A program made the position numbers and the translations under genes. A model generated the notes under the pieces. It made no database searches and was not told the DNA's origin. It saw only the letters and a list, made by a program, of their open reading frames with translations. A stretch of 63,770 nt of DNA, filler included, from Nemertoderma westbladi (taxonomy: Eukaryota > Animalia > Xenacoelomorpha): the NCBI GenBank assembly GCA_032718475.1. It is 4 parts of 4 records of this genome, joined end to end, with 100 filler letters (N's around TTAATTAATTAA, not from the genome) between each part and the next. Parts side by side here need not be neighbours in the genome. Positions count along the whole stretch, not along the records: positions 1 to 15,689 come from JAUCBJ010004500.1; 3 more parts are not named here. One strand, written 5' to 3'. Below are positions 1 to 11,015 of the stretch, piece by piece; position 1 is the first letter of the stretch; each line of letters starts with the position of its first letter.

Positions 1-34
1 ATGATGATGCTGGGAGCATTCATGATGGTCTTAG

Positions 35-958
35 TTGCACGTGGTAATCATTATTGTAGTCTTTGTGACGAACAAGCAAGGTATTATTGAGCAGTTGGAA
101 GTGCTGGAAGAAAGTCTCAACAAGAAAGAAAAACAATTTGTTCTTAAACTTGATAATCAAATTACACTATTCAATGAAATGCTTATAAACGAAACCAGAA
201 TCTTTTCAAATAAACTCCGAAAGCAAGCAGATATTTACGATGCCAAACTTTTAGAGAGAGAAGTAATATTTGCTGACAAGATTAGAACACAAAAGAAGGA
301 GTTATTTAGCATGATTGACATTAAACCCCCTGATAAATTTTGTCCAAATTACCAACAAAATGATACAATTGGGATATATTGGAATCCTTATTATGGATTG
401 GGAGGTCGGATTCGATGTGACAACACCATCCCAAACGGATCATGGTTGGTAATACAACGAAGAGTTAATGGTAAGGTGGATTTCTTTTTGAATTGGAAGA
501 GTTACGAGCTTGGATTTGGATCTGTTGACAACGAATTTTGGATGGGATTAGATACGATACACCGTCTAACTGTCGGAGGCGTTAAGATGAGAGTCGACAT
601 TTGGTGGCGAGGAGATCAAAGATTTGCTGAATATTCCTCTTTCACAGTTGGACCCGCTGAAACCGAATATAAGTTAGAAATATCTGGATACTCTGGGGAC
701 GCAGGAGACTCGATAACTGGGTCGGTGTCCAGTTGGGGTAACAACCAGAACCGGCAGTCGTTTACTACTAAAGATAAAGACAATGATGGAGGGGGTTTTA
801 TAGGTTGCGCACGGGAGTTCAAGGCAGGTTGGTGGTTTAACGATTGCACAAGTTGCAATCCAAACGGTGTTTATGGCGCTAATCGGGATGGGATGTTCTG
901 GGAGACATTCACGGAATCGAGTTCAGCCGACAGGATAGAAATTAAAATTTATTTATGA
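35..958 (+). CDS. Fibrinogen C-terminal domain protein (FReP; ficolin/FIBCD1/angiopoietin-like) with hydrophobic N-terminus and coiled-coil-like stalk; true start uncertain
   Basis: FBG motifs WLVIQRRVNGKVDFFLNWKSYELGFG, EFWMGL, YSGDAGDS, FTTKDKDND, GWWFNDC. The ORF track starts at TTG. An out-of-frame MMMLGAFMMVL (1-33) or a TTAG acceptor (31-34) lies just upstream. Confidence 0.9.
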   Translation: MHVVIIIVVFVTNKQGIIEQLEVLEESLNKKEKQFVLKLDNQITLFNEMLINETRIFSNKLRKQADIYDAKLLEREVIFADKIRTQKKELFSMIDIKPPDKFCPNYQQNDTIGIYWNPYYGLGGRIRCDNTIPNGSWLVIQRRVNGKVDFFLNWKSYELGFGSVDNEFWMGLDTIHRLTVGGVKMRVDIWWRGDQRFAEYSSFTVGPAETEYKLEISGYSGDAGDSITGSVSSWGNNQNRQSFTTKDKDNDGGGFIGCAREFKAGWWFNDCTSCNPNGVYGANRDGMFWETFTESSSADRIEIKIYL

Positions 959-1436
959 TACGTGTAGGCCTACTGTATGGTAAGCCAACCCTTGGTATTT
1001 GAATCCTGCAAAAACATTACCAAAATACTTTTAGTAGAAAATTATACTATTGCAGTATATTAATTTTGGTGTTTAGTGTTAGGCAAAAACTTGAGGTTGT
1101 GTTTGTTTGCGATGTATGAATGCATCCCGTGCGTTTATTTAAAATCTATAATAATAACTATGTATTTTACAAAAAGAAAGTTAGATTTGTTTGTCCAGTC
1201 CAGTATCCCTATTTGTATGTATCGTATAATTGTGAACATGTTACGCGTTTTTAGTGATTATTATATACTGTAGGTCATAATTAATTTGTACCTTTTTGTA
1301 GGCCTGCATATTTGCACCGTTACTGTTGTACACGATACAGTCCGGTAATCCAGTCATTTATATATAATATCAAATCACTCAATTTATCGAATATTAGCTC
1401 TAATCTAAAAATTGGATGTAAAAAAGGTTTTTTAAA

Positions 1437-1659
1437 AAGTTGCTGGGTATATAACTTCCAGCAACTTGTTGCTGGACCCCCTCACACACAGAAATAAGTT
1501 TCGGAAACAAGTTGCAGAAACTTGTTGCTGGAGTCCTCACACACAGAAACAAGTTTCGGAAACAAGTTGCAGCAACAAGTTTCTGTGTGTGAGGGGGTCC
1601 AGCAACAAGTTTCAGAAACAAGTTGCAGAAACAAGTTGCTCCGTGTGAGGGGGGCCTTA
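1437..1659. mobile_element. PIF/Harbinger-like MITE remnant built from short internal repeats
   Basis: Perfect 32-bp inverted repeat at 1463-1494/1580-1611, repeated GAAACAAGTT modules, and a right end GTGTGAGGGGGGCC followed by TTA. No left terminus found. Confidence 0.5.
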
Positions 1660-1666
1660 GACTTGT

Positions 1667-1750
1667 TAATCCGGATCTTCGAGGAATAATTTTATTTCGA
1701 GTCCGAAGGGTGAGGAAAAATAATTTACCATTTCGAGGAAATGCGGATTA
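1667..1750 (+). repeat. Imperfect palindrome with tandem GA/GA mismatches and CC-GAA-GG apex
   Basis: Outer arms TAATCCG/CGGATTA; cttc-GA-ggaa opposite tttc-GA-ggaa; apex c-GA-gtcc-GAA-gggt-GA-g. Confidence 0.55.
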
Positions 1751-2741
1751 TACGGAGGACAAAAAAATACTTTAATAACGAACCTAAAGAGGTTACTAGA
1801 ACATTACAACAACTAGGTCCATAACGAACCTGCCTATTAATAGGCCAGGGTAGTTCTTGTCAAGAGTTGAGCCGTTCAAAAACGCGATGTGGTTAGGTGC
1901 GTGTATGTGTGTATAACCACCCAATATCTCAAAAACTCAAGCAGGTACGCAAAATTTCTAAAAGCAAACTCTACATGAATTTTGGTTGCGCAGTATAGTG
2001 AATATCTTTTGTGGCGTTTCGATCACGGGGTCACTGAAAAATAGCGCGTTTGACAATTTAAAGTTTAATTTCACCGATTTCAACTCGTCGAGTATGAACC
2101 AGCATATTTTAGCCTCAGAATCTTTTAAAATATCGCCAATCTCCCACATAACTTCGCCAAAATTTGTTAGTCCGGCAAAAAAACGCACAAATTCGAATAA
2201 AAGAGTAAATTATTGGTTGCAGAATAATATGATTCAACTAGAATACCCAGCAAGCTGGCTATAAGAAGACACTCCATAGACAAACGTAGTGTAGTTGGGT
2301 CCCTCCCCATCATTATTATTAACCTTTAAAACATTTGAACGACCCAGTAGTGCTTATAATTCAATCAGCTTGCCTCCCCCACTTAACATAGCAGTGAGTA
2401 AGTAACCTTATAGATATTCCCATAGGATTCACTGGGAAAAGCTATTCAGCTGGCGGCGTAATACATTACAAACTCAAGTAATATACAGACAGTACTTCTC
2501 TTCAATTGGGGCCTCCATTCAATCAATACTAGAAGCTTATTAGACCCACATGAGTACCAGCAGGTGGTGTTTCTATCATTGAGTCTATGGCAATTTTTGT
2601 GTTTTCATTTTCGCTCACTCAGGGTACTGGTTTGAGGGGAAGGTTCGTTTTTAAAGGCAACTTGCTGGCGTTCTAGTTTTGTAAAAGATGTACTGTAGTT
2701 TTCTTTACAATATCCACATTTGAATTAGAAGTTTAACGTAA

Positions 2742-2973
2742 GGCCGCGTTCACACTACCGATTCAAAGTCAAAAGACAAAATGTAAAACACATCACGCCG
2801 CGTTTACACTACCTTGTCAAAATGTAAAACACATCACATGAAATTTCAATTTTTTCTATAATGCCCTTATGTATTACATTTAGGCCTATATGCAGTAATG
2901 TATTATTATTTATTATTGCTAGCTAGCTATATTTATTTTATTTTGACTTTAACTCGGTAGTGTGAACGCGACC
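2742..2973. mobile_element. PIF/Harbinger-type MITE, 232 bp
   Basis: About 33-bp TIRs (GGCCGCGTTCACACTACCGATTCAAAGTCAAAA / TTTTGACTTTAACTCGGTAGTGTGAACGCGACC) and TAA on both sides (2739-2741, 2974-2976). Confidence 0.8.
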
Positions 2974-3198
2974 TAACATGAAATAAATTTTTTTCTAGAA
3001 TGCCCTTATGTATTATATTATATATTACACAATGACCCGTAATAGTGTCATTTTGTGATGACACGGACCCCCCCCCCCCCCCTCCCCAAATTTTGATACA
3101 AATCTTTATCATATTGCTTGAAATTTGAAACACAACTAGTTCAACTCACCGTGGTTGTTACCATGAAGCCGGAAATTTCGATTTTGGCTTACATTTTT

Positions 3199-3755
3199 TT
3201 TATAAGCGTTTTAAAAAAGTGTCTTTTGCGAAATCGCACCATCCGTATCATTGCCATTCGTCACATTATTCGTAATGTTTTCATATCATTAGAAAACTTG
3301 CGTTGCAAGGATTCAACATATGTAACAATATCTGAATTTTGTTATGAAACAGCTGAGAAATAGGCGTTTAAAGATTTAAAGAATTATTGTTCGCAGCAGG
3401 CCATTTATTCTATTTAATAAATACACAATATTCTGGAACAATTTGTTTAAGTCTGAATAGCTACGCAATAGATTTATTGGCTGTTGCCAACCAACTCATA
3501 AAATAAATAACACGTTCTAGAATATTGTGTATTTATTAAATAGAATAAATGGCCTGTAGCGAACAATAATTCTTGCAATCTTTAAACGCCAATTTCTCAG
3601 CTGTTTCTCAACGAAATTATTATATTATTACATATTTGGAATCCTTGCAACGCAAGCTTTCTATTGATATGAAAAAAATCACGACTAAAGTGAAGAATGG
3701 CAATGATACAGAGGGTGCGATTTCGCAAAATACACTTTTTTAAAACGCTTATAAA
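3199..3755. mobile_element. Foldback/MITE-like long inverted repeat
   Basis: Diverged arms of about 240 bp (3199-3439 and 3514-3755) with a spacer of about 75 bp. A piece of an arm recurs near 27515. Confidence 0.8.
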
Positions 3756-3814
3756 TTTATAAATCAATATTAAATATACAGTACTATTAAACAATTATTA
3801 AATCGTATTAATGA

Positions 3815-4274
3815 GCATCAACCATCTGTTACTAACGATACCGTTCCTAAACGCACTATACTACGATTGTTTCGCATCAACCATCTGTTACTAACGATAC
3901 CATTCCTAAACGCACTATACTATGATTGTTTCGCATCAACCATCTGTAACTACCGGTACCGTTCCTAAACGCACTATACTACGATTGTTTAGCATCAACC
4001 ATCTGTAACTAACGGTACCGTTCCTAAACGCACTCTACTACGATTGTTTCGCATCAACCATCTGTAACTAACGTAACGTTACTAAACGCACTATACTACG
4101 ACTGTTTCGCATCAACCATCTGTAACTAACGGTACCGTTCCTAAACGCACTATACTACGATTTTTTCGCATCAACTATCTGTAACTAACGGTACCGTTCC
4201 TAAACACACTATACTACGATTGCTTCGCCTTAACCATCTGTAACTAACGGTACCATCTTAAACGCACTATACTA
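3815..4274. repeat. 59-bp minisatellite, about 8 copies
   Basis: GCATCAACCATCTG units start at 3815, 3874, 3933, 3992, 4051, 4109, 4168, 4227. Several units contain the palindrome AACGGTACCGTT. Confidence 0.95.
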
Positions 4275-4570
4275 AAAGGATTGCTTTACACAGTAGAAGT
4301 TCAAAACCGCCAGTCAATGGCATGGCCCCGCCAGTCAATACTCCAGTCATTGGACAAAGACTACGCATCCGATTATATCTACCAGAATATAATAGCTCAC
4401 ATACAGAAACAATCAAGACTTACATGGAACACTGTAAATGGTCGGAAAAGTTGTGCTAGGGGTTGCCTCAAAGCTGATAGCCATGAAAAACATGTTGGGA
4501 AATGGAAAGATATCTTCATCAATTTGATTGGGCAGCTACGGGAAAAGTTTGTTTTCTATTAAAATTTTTT

Positions 4571-4638
4571 TCACTATTCTCGAGGCATTTTATTTACCGA
4601 GCGTCAGCGAGGTTAATAAAGGGTCGAGAGAATATTGA
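4571..4638 (+). repeat. Dispersed GA/GA-mismatch hairpin; second copy at 25673-25730
   Basis: tcactattctc-GA-...-cc-GA-gc-gtca-gc-GA-gg-...-GA-gagaatattga. The second copy has a GTA loop. Confidence 0.7.
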
Positions 4639-4904
4639 TAAAAATGTTCTACGGTTTTTTCCCATGTAATACGTAATTTTATTCTTAAATTGGTACATTT
4701 TTGTTGCTTAATTCTTTAATAAAACGTACGGCGATATAGTGGTACAAAATAAATTGAACTGTAGTATTTTACTATATTGCTTCCATAGTTAATGAAATTA
4801 AAATTACTGTACTCTTCAACTCCTGACGCTGCCTTACTCAATGTTAAATAATTTAGTGTTCTCGAATATTTTTTACGTTACTAGAGAACCGCTTAACAAC
4901 ATAA

Positions 4905-6125
4905 ACCAATATTGAATATTGAGTTCCGTTTTGGAGTACGCCACAGAGACACTAAATTTGCCATAACTTTTGAGTGCGTGCATGGATTTTGCTCAAATTC
5001 GTGCAAACCTTTTCTACGTCAATGCTCTTTGAACACATTTAGTAAAATTTAAGAAATTCCACCAAAAATATTTTGTTTAACTTTTTTCGCCGGGAAAAAA
5101 AGTAAAATCAATGCAATTCTATGGGTTGCTTTTTTCCCTAGGGAAAAAAGTGCAACCTTTTCTCCCGATTTTGGTCTAATTTTGAGCGAAAAAGTAACAA
5201 TTTAAGAATAAAAATATATTGTGCATTGATAAAAGTAAAAATAATAGCATGAAATATACATCAACTTTTAGGAATTTTTCAGAACTTTTTATAAGACATA
5301 ATTTTTAAAAAATCCACCTTATCTCGCTAACTGTATTAAACAATCTAACTAATTAATAATCTAACTTAAAAAAATCTCTAAGTTATATTCATTGAATGTC
5401 ACTCATTCAGAATCAGAACCTACGATGTATTTTGACTACGTTATAGGCCGCCGAAGCCCGAGGCGACCCGTTCGATAGCTGCCACCAGAAGGTAGCAGGG
5501 GTAGGTACTTATAGACCCCAGGGGATGGAAGACTGAATTTGTGTACCAAATGTCATACCTATCTTCAGTAGTGGTCAGCTCACATCTACATCTACATTAC
5601 ATAATGTCCTGAAGACCAGGTCACCACTATATAATGTATGCGAAAAATGTAAGCGGTAGAAATAACGATTAAATAATTAATTTGTCTATCGCTATTGCAC
5701 ATGAACATTTCATGCGATATATATTTCCTGTGAATGAAATAGTTTTCCAAACGTCACCAAACCTTTTCTAAAACAAAATATGAGTCATTTGGAGTCATAA
5801 TAAATAACATTTTTTTTCAAGTTGAGCCAACATTATCTACACAATCCAATATTGGATATTGAGTTCCGTCTTGGAGTTCGCCTTGTAGACACTATGTTGC
5901 AATAACCCTTGAGTGTGTCAATGGATTTTGATCAATTTACGTGCAAACCGTTTCTACTTCGATGATCTTTCAACACATGTAATAAAATTTATTAGATTCC
6001 ACCAAAAATATTTTAACATTTTCTTAATTTACCTTTTCGCTGGACAAGTTAATACAAATGTAATATAATTATTTTTAATGGGCAACTTTTACCTTAGGGA
6101 AAAGTTCCCCCTTTTCTCCCGATAA
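4905..6125 (+). repeat. Two diverged direct copies of a roughly 260-bp repeat (about 4905-5170 and 5845-6125)
   Basis: Both start CCAATATTG(A/G)ATATTGAGTTCCGT and share ATGGATTTTG, CGTGCAAACC, ATTCCACCAAAAATATTTT and CCTTTTCTCCCGAT. Confidence 0.8.
5500..5545 (-). mobile_element. Possible SINE central-domain fragment (MetaSINE/Sauria-like)
   Basis: GGTACTTATAGACCCCAGGGGATGGAAGACTGAATT resembles the GGTAC...GACC...GGATGGAAGGCTGAGT motif recalled from these SINEs. Short and degenerate. Confidence 0.3.
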
Positions 6126-6859
6126 CGTTCGTGGGGCCTTCGCGCAGCACGAGGCTCAGTTATGAGATACAAACTAAATTTGAGCAATTCTAACACAAAA
6201 TCGGAATTTAAGAACTTTAACCAAACCGACAATAAATCAAAGAAGAGGGTAAAGTCCCTCCCCTTCAACCCCTCTTCATCTGCACCACCCCAACCCAATC
6301 AAGGCGCAAGAAATATTAATACATACCTTATGCCGTGCCGATAGTATTGATACTGAAATATTAATTTCCTATTTTACCACGCCAACACATCAACGAAATT
6401 ATTTAGCTAATTATTCTATGAATCTACGAATTCTATATAAAGATCACAGTAAATACTCAGCCAATAATTTTGCGAGATAAACAATAAGCAAGTTGTCTTA
6501 TTAGTCTGGCTCATTACATTGCTGCCTTTGAGTAGTGGTGAGATGCGACTGGTTCCCAGTTAGGCTGGGCAATACCAAGCATGCAATGGAAAGAGGGAGC
6601 TGGAAGTATAGGGTGACCGGGGTATTTTAATAACTAAATTACGTTTAGATCAATTAAAATCACATTTCTTAAAGCAAATCAGTGGAGATAATTAAAAACT
6701 ATAATGGAATGGGGATTACAGCTGTATAATTTTTAAGTATAATTATTTAAATCTTATACTATAAAATAATTAATTTCCATTAAAACGCAGGTTGAAAATG
6801 CTGTTTTTTACTGTAATCAACTTAATTAACTAATTAACTGCTTTTATCTTAGCTTCTCG

Positions 6860-7050
6860 AAAGCCACACGCAAATTCAACTTGGAAAATTTCAAAACTTT
6901 TGCCAACAATATGTGTACCAAGTTTGGTTAGATTTCAAAGAAGATTGGCCGAGTTATTAACGTTTAAAATTGGACACGACAGAACAACAGACACACCGAT
7001 TGAGTTAGTGGTACCCGTATGCTAAGCTCGCTTATTTTCGTGGCTCGCCC
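6860..7050 (-). mobile_element. Non-autonomous dispersed repeat (Helentron/DINE-like); inverted copy at about 25741-25920
   Basis: GCTAAGCTCGCTTA...TCGTGGCTCGCCC (7021-7050) is the reverse complement of GGGCGAGCCACGA...TAAGCGAGCTTAGC (25742-25771). Both are adjacent to TCTGT-type microsatellite and similar body sequence. Confidence 0.55.
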
Positions 7051-8656
7051 CACAATTGAAGAATATAGTTTTTTCACTAATTTACCAAAATGTGTGATCG
7101 TCTTTATTCAATTGTTTCTATAGTTAAACGATTTTTGGCGCGGCAATTCTATTGTTGGACTTTAACTGAACTACCCTTTATACAAAGTATAAATTGATGC
7201 TGTTTGAATATAGTGGTAGTGGCTATTAATAATAATTCCGACCGACCAAGATGTGGGTAGGGGTATTGATTAAAATGAATTACCACGTGTAATATGCGTA
7301 AGTAGTTCATAGGTGTTTGTTAAATAATTACATCTGAAACACACGATGAAATAATTTAATCCTCAACATCAACAAATTTAAATTAAAATACCAAATTAAG
7401 AATATTGAGTTGTTTCGAGTGGCTTTAACGAATTCCACCCGACTACACTGTTGGTAAACTTATTTAACATTCTCCTACTATACATTTATACCTACTTAAC
7501 GAATTTAGCACAATGTGAAGATATTAAAAGTAATAATAATGTTACGGAAAAACAATCGAATATTAATCAGTAAGAAACACCGGCGGAGAATAGTTGTTAA
7601 AATTAAAATCATTACAATATAAAGGAAAGAACTGCTGAATGTGAGGCTCGCACCACACGGTGCAGTTGTTGCATTTATGTTACGCAACTCTGTTGAGATA
7701 GATAGACAAGCTTATATAACATGTAGATAAAAAGCAAATTGACCAGTAACGTGTGAGGCGGGCCTAACTCTATAATAAAAAGTAATAAACCCGAAACCTG
7801 TGACAGATTACCTAATAGTAGAGGAAAAAACTGTAATAAATAAATAAAGTTGTTTCAGAGAAGCAGCTTATTTCTGGGAAATATTAACGATTTCAGTTTC
7901 ACAAAATTCAGACTCAAAATCTCCCATATGAAAATAATTTATTCCAACTCACTGCCTAAATTCTATTGCACAATATGTCTTTCAACATAATTTCTTCACT
8001 TATTTAACAACTTGTTCCTGCGCGTTTATAAATGCAAAATTACAATATTTTATATTATTGAGTTGAGACATTGTTGACCAACAATTCTTAAAGGATAATG
8101 ATAACAAACTACCGGTATAAATGTACGGTATTCGTTAGATTAAAATCAATACTCAAAGGGAAAAACATAAGCAGCCTTCATAAGAAACCCACGGGTGTTG
8201 TAAACACCAGCCCAATGTTGGAGACTGGCGTGGGAATGGTGTACCGAATAACGCACACCGGGGAATACTCCACAGGTCTAGAGTTCATTAACCAAGCGGA
8301 ACTGCGAAAACAATCGGAAATACTCGTTAGAAAATTGAGAAATCGATTTTCAATTTGTTAGGTTATCCGATGAGACTTTATTATCTGTGTCAGTTTGATT
8401 GACTTTGTTTTGTAACTTTTTGCCATTAACACCATGCGAACTAACTAGAACATCTTCCACTTCTCTACACATCGTAACTGGGTTTAAATCGTACAAACAA
8501 CTTTACCTGCAGTAAATAATGCTGAAACGAAACTTAAAAATAAATAAATTACAAGTTTCGCTTCATTTAGTAATAAACTGTTTTTATTTATAATTCATTT
8601 CACATTTTTCTGTGGAAATATAACAAACTATTTCGCTACAACTGAGGGCGTTTATT

Positions 8657-9754
8657 TTATAACTTTAAGCTGTTGAGAGACGCGTGCAAACTGGAAGTAT
8701 TCCAGAGTATGAGGAGGCCGTCTGTCCCTACCGAACTGACACGGGTTGCTACGCAGTCGCGCCAAGCAACCGCGGCCATCTGATTAACCGAGTTCTGATG
8801 TTTCGTACCGACGGCGGTGGAGACATCGGCTGCTCCTAGCCGATCCAACGAGTGGAACATCTGCATCGCGGAGAGATCCCCCTGGTCCTCCTCGTGGGTA
8901 CTAACGTCCAGCGAACCGGCGTAGACCACGGCGCTGCCGACCGAGTACAGATACGGACGGCAATCGTGTCCGGCGGCCACTAACGAACTCTCGGACACCC
9001 AGAGCACCGAGAGGAAAGGGAGCACACTGGTGGTCAGCGTGTAAACGGTACCGGCGTCGCTGATACCGACTACAGAGCCGTGGGAGGCCCACGCTAGGCG
9101 GTTCCCGGAAGGAGAGAATCCTACCGAGTGAACCCAACCGTCGCCGCGTCGCCGTTCTTCGTACATCAAAGCCGCGAACGGCATCTTGGTGCCCCAAACC
9201 GTGGGCTCGGGTCGCCGTTCGATCTCCTTAACGAACGCGGAGAAGATCCTAACGGCGAAGTCAGAGGAGCCGGCTGCGAGGAGGACGTTGTTCGGATGCC
9301 AGTCGATAGAGGAGACAGTCGCTCCGATCGGTTTCTTTATGTGTTTGGCGACCCACCAGTCGTTCTCCTCCTCGTAGTGGCAGACGCAGATGAGACGCGC
9401 CCCTGTTCCCACCGCGAATTTGTTCTCCTTCGGGGACCAGCGCACCGTGGTGGCGGCCCGGTTTATCCGGAGTAGCACGAGCGTCGGCCGCCATCGGCCG
9501 TCCTCCGACGGGGTCCACACGTAGGCGTTGCGGTCCGCCCCACACGTTACGATTCGGTTGGTTGTTCGCCCCCAGTCGATTCCCATCACCCGGCCCGAGT
9601 GCTCAGCCAGCACCGCGGAACGCTCCCATTGTTTCCCCGACTTCTGGTAGATTCCAACCTCATTGTTGTTTAACGATAACGCCAGTTGGCTTTGGTTGTT
9701 GTTCCAAGTGTGACAGGTTATTGGATCGTATCCAAATCTATGAATCTCTTCCAT
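8657..9754 (-). CDS. ARPC1: Arp2/3 complex subunit 1 (p41-Arc/Sop2), WD40 propeller; single coding exon
   Basis: Motifs [62 protein letters not shown]. 365 aa is full length. AATAAA directly follows the stop (8651-8656). Confidence 0.97.
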   Translation of the reverse strand: MEEIHRFGYDPITCHTWNNNQSQLALSLNNNEVGIYQKSGKQWERSAVLAEHSGRVMGIDWGRTTNRIVTCGADRNAYVWTPSEDGRWRPTLVLLRINRAATTVRWSPKENKFAVGTGARLICVCHYEEENDWWVAKHIKKPIGATVSSIDWHPNNVLLAAGSSDFAVRIFSAFVKEIERRPEPTVWGTKMPFAALMYEERRRGDGWVHSVGFSPSGNRLAWASHGSVVGISDAGTVYTLTTSVLPFLSVLWVSESSLVAAGHDCRPYLYSVGSAVVYAGSLDVSTHEEDQGDLSAMQMFHSLDRLGAADVSTAVGTKHQNSVNQMAAVAWRDCVATRVSSVGTDGLLILWNTSSLHASLNSLKL

Positions 9755-9943
9755 ATTACCAGATTACAGTTATTATTCTGGTATCTACTGATCTACACAA
9801 TTACAGTATTAGGCTTTAGGCTACCTGATTACCGGTACTGCTGTACTGTATTACTTCTACGTGCCAGATTGCAATTCTGACTGGGTTTGGTCAAGGATTT
9901 GTCTGTCTGTGGAGCGCACCAGCAGCGCGGCGTTACTGGAGAG

Positions 9944-10734
9944 TAGGGCTCGATCGGAGCTCCGGCTCCGGCCATTTTGGCAACTCCGGCTCCTGCTCCG
10001 GCTCCGGTAAAAATATTGCCGGAGTTAATGTTTTAATAAAGTATTATATTTCGTGCTTATTCTAATCTGAACAATTATTTACACTATAACTGTATACTGG
10101 TATAAGTCAGTAAGTACGGTACTGTAGTACATCTTCAATATCAAGCATAATACTGCAGTATTTACAGATTTACTTAGTCAATGACTGACTGACTATACTG
10201 CAGTACTGGTACTGGCCAGCTGGCTGACTAGCAGACCGTTACAGATAGGCCCTACTGTAAACAATTTTTGTAAATGCTATGATTGTACTGTACTGCTGTA
10301 CCACTGCAGCTGGCAGCCATTTACTGACTGTCATGCCTGCATAATGTATTGCAGTACTGGTACACGTACGGTACAGCGGTAGGCTACCTACAGTACACAC
10401 ATCTACCACTGTACCACAGTTAGTGAGTTAGGTACTGTAGGTAATTTTTAGCCGTCAGCGTCAGGCCGTCTGTCCGTGATAAATTAATTAGTTAAATTTT
10501 AAATTGAAAATTCGTAAATCTATAAATTATGAAATTAATTAGACCTACATACTGACATACAGCACAGTAGTATGATTGATTATGAGCGATTGGCGAACGA
10601 TAACCATACTTTACTTTTTTTTTAAATAAATAATTAAATTTTTAAAATTTATGAAAAACTCCGGCTCCTGCTCCGGCTCCGGCCAAATTGTCCAACTCCG
10701 GCTCCGGCCAAATCCCAACTCCGATCGAGCCCTA
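9944..10734. mobile_element. hAT-type MITE, 791 bp, 190 bp upstream of the ARPC1 ATG
   Basis: Perfect 16-bp TIRs TAGGGCTCGATCGGAG / CTCCGATCGAGCCCTA, 8-bp TSD CTGGAGAG / CTGGAGGG (7 of 8 match), and subterminal CTCCGG repeats at both ends. Confidence 0.9.
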
Positions 10735-11015
10735 CTGGAGGGCCTGCCTGCCTGCACAAAGCTGTTGCGCGTATGGCAACAGCGTATGGCTATATGGAAT
10801 ATTGACAAAAATCGCGCCACACACGGGTTCTGGCTGTCTGGTAAAACGAAAAGCGCGCCAGCCATGACATTCAATGATGCAATGCGTGCCAACCATTCAC
10901 CAAGAAATTTTGAAATTATTCTGATTATTAGGTACTGTCTGACTGTATTATATTGTAATACAGTAATTTATCAGTTTATACTGCAGCAGACCTACAGTAT
11001 TAAAATATCTAAAAG

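Noticed and set aside
8901-9819. Overlapping alternative-frame ORFs in ARPC1 (likewise in PRPF31 and DCAF5)
   Set aside because: Expected shadows of GC-rich coding sequence.
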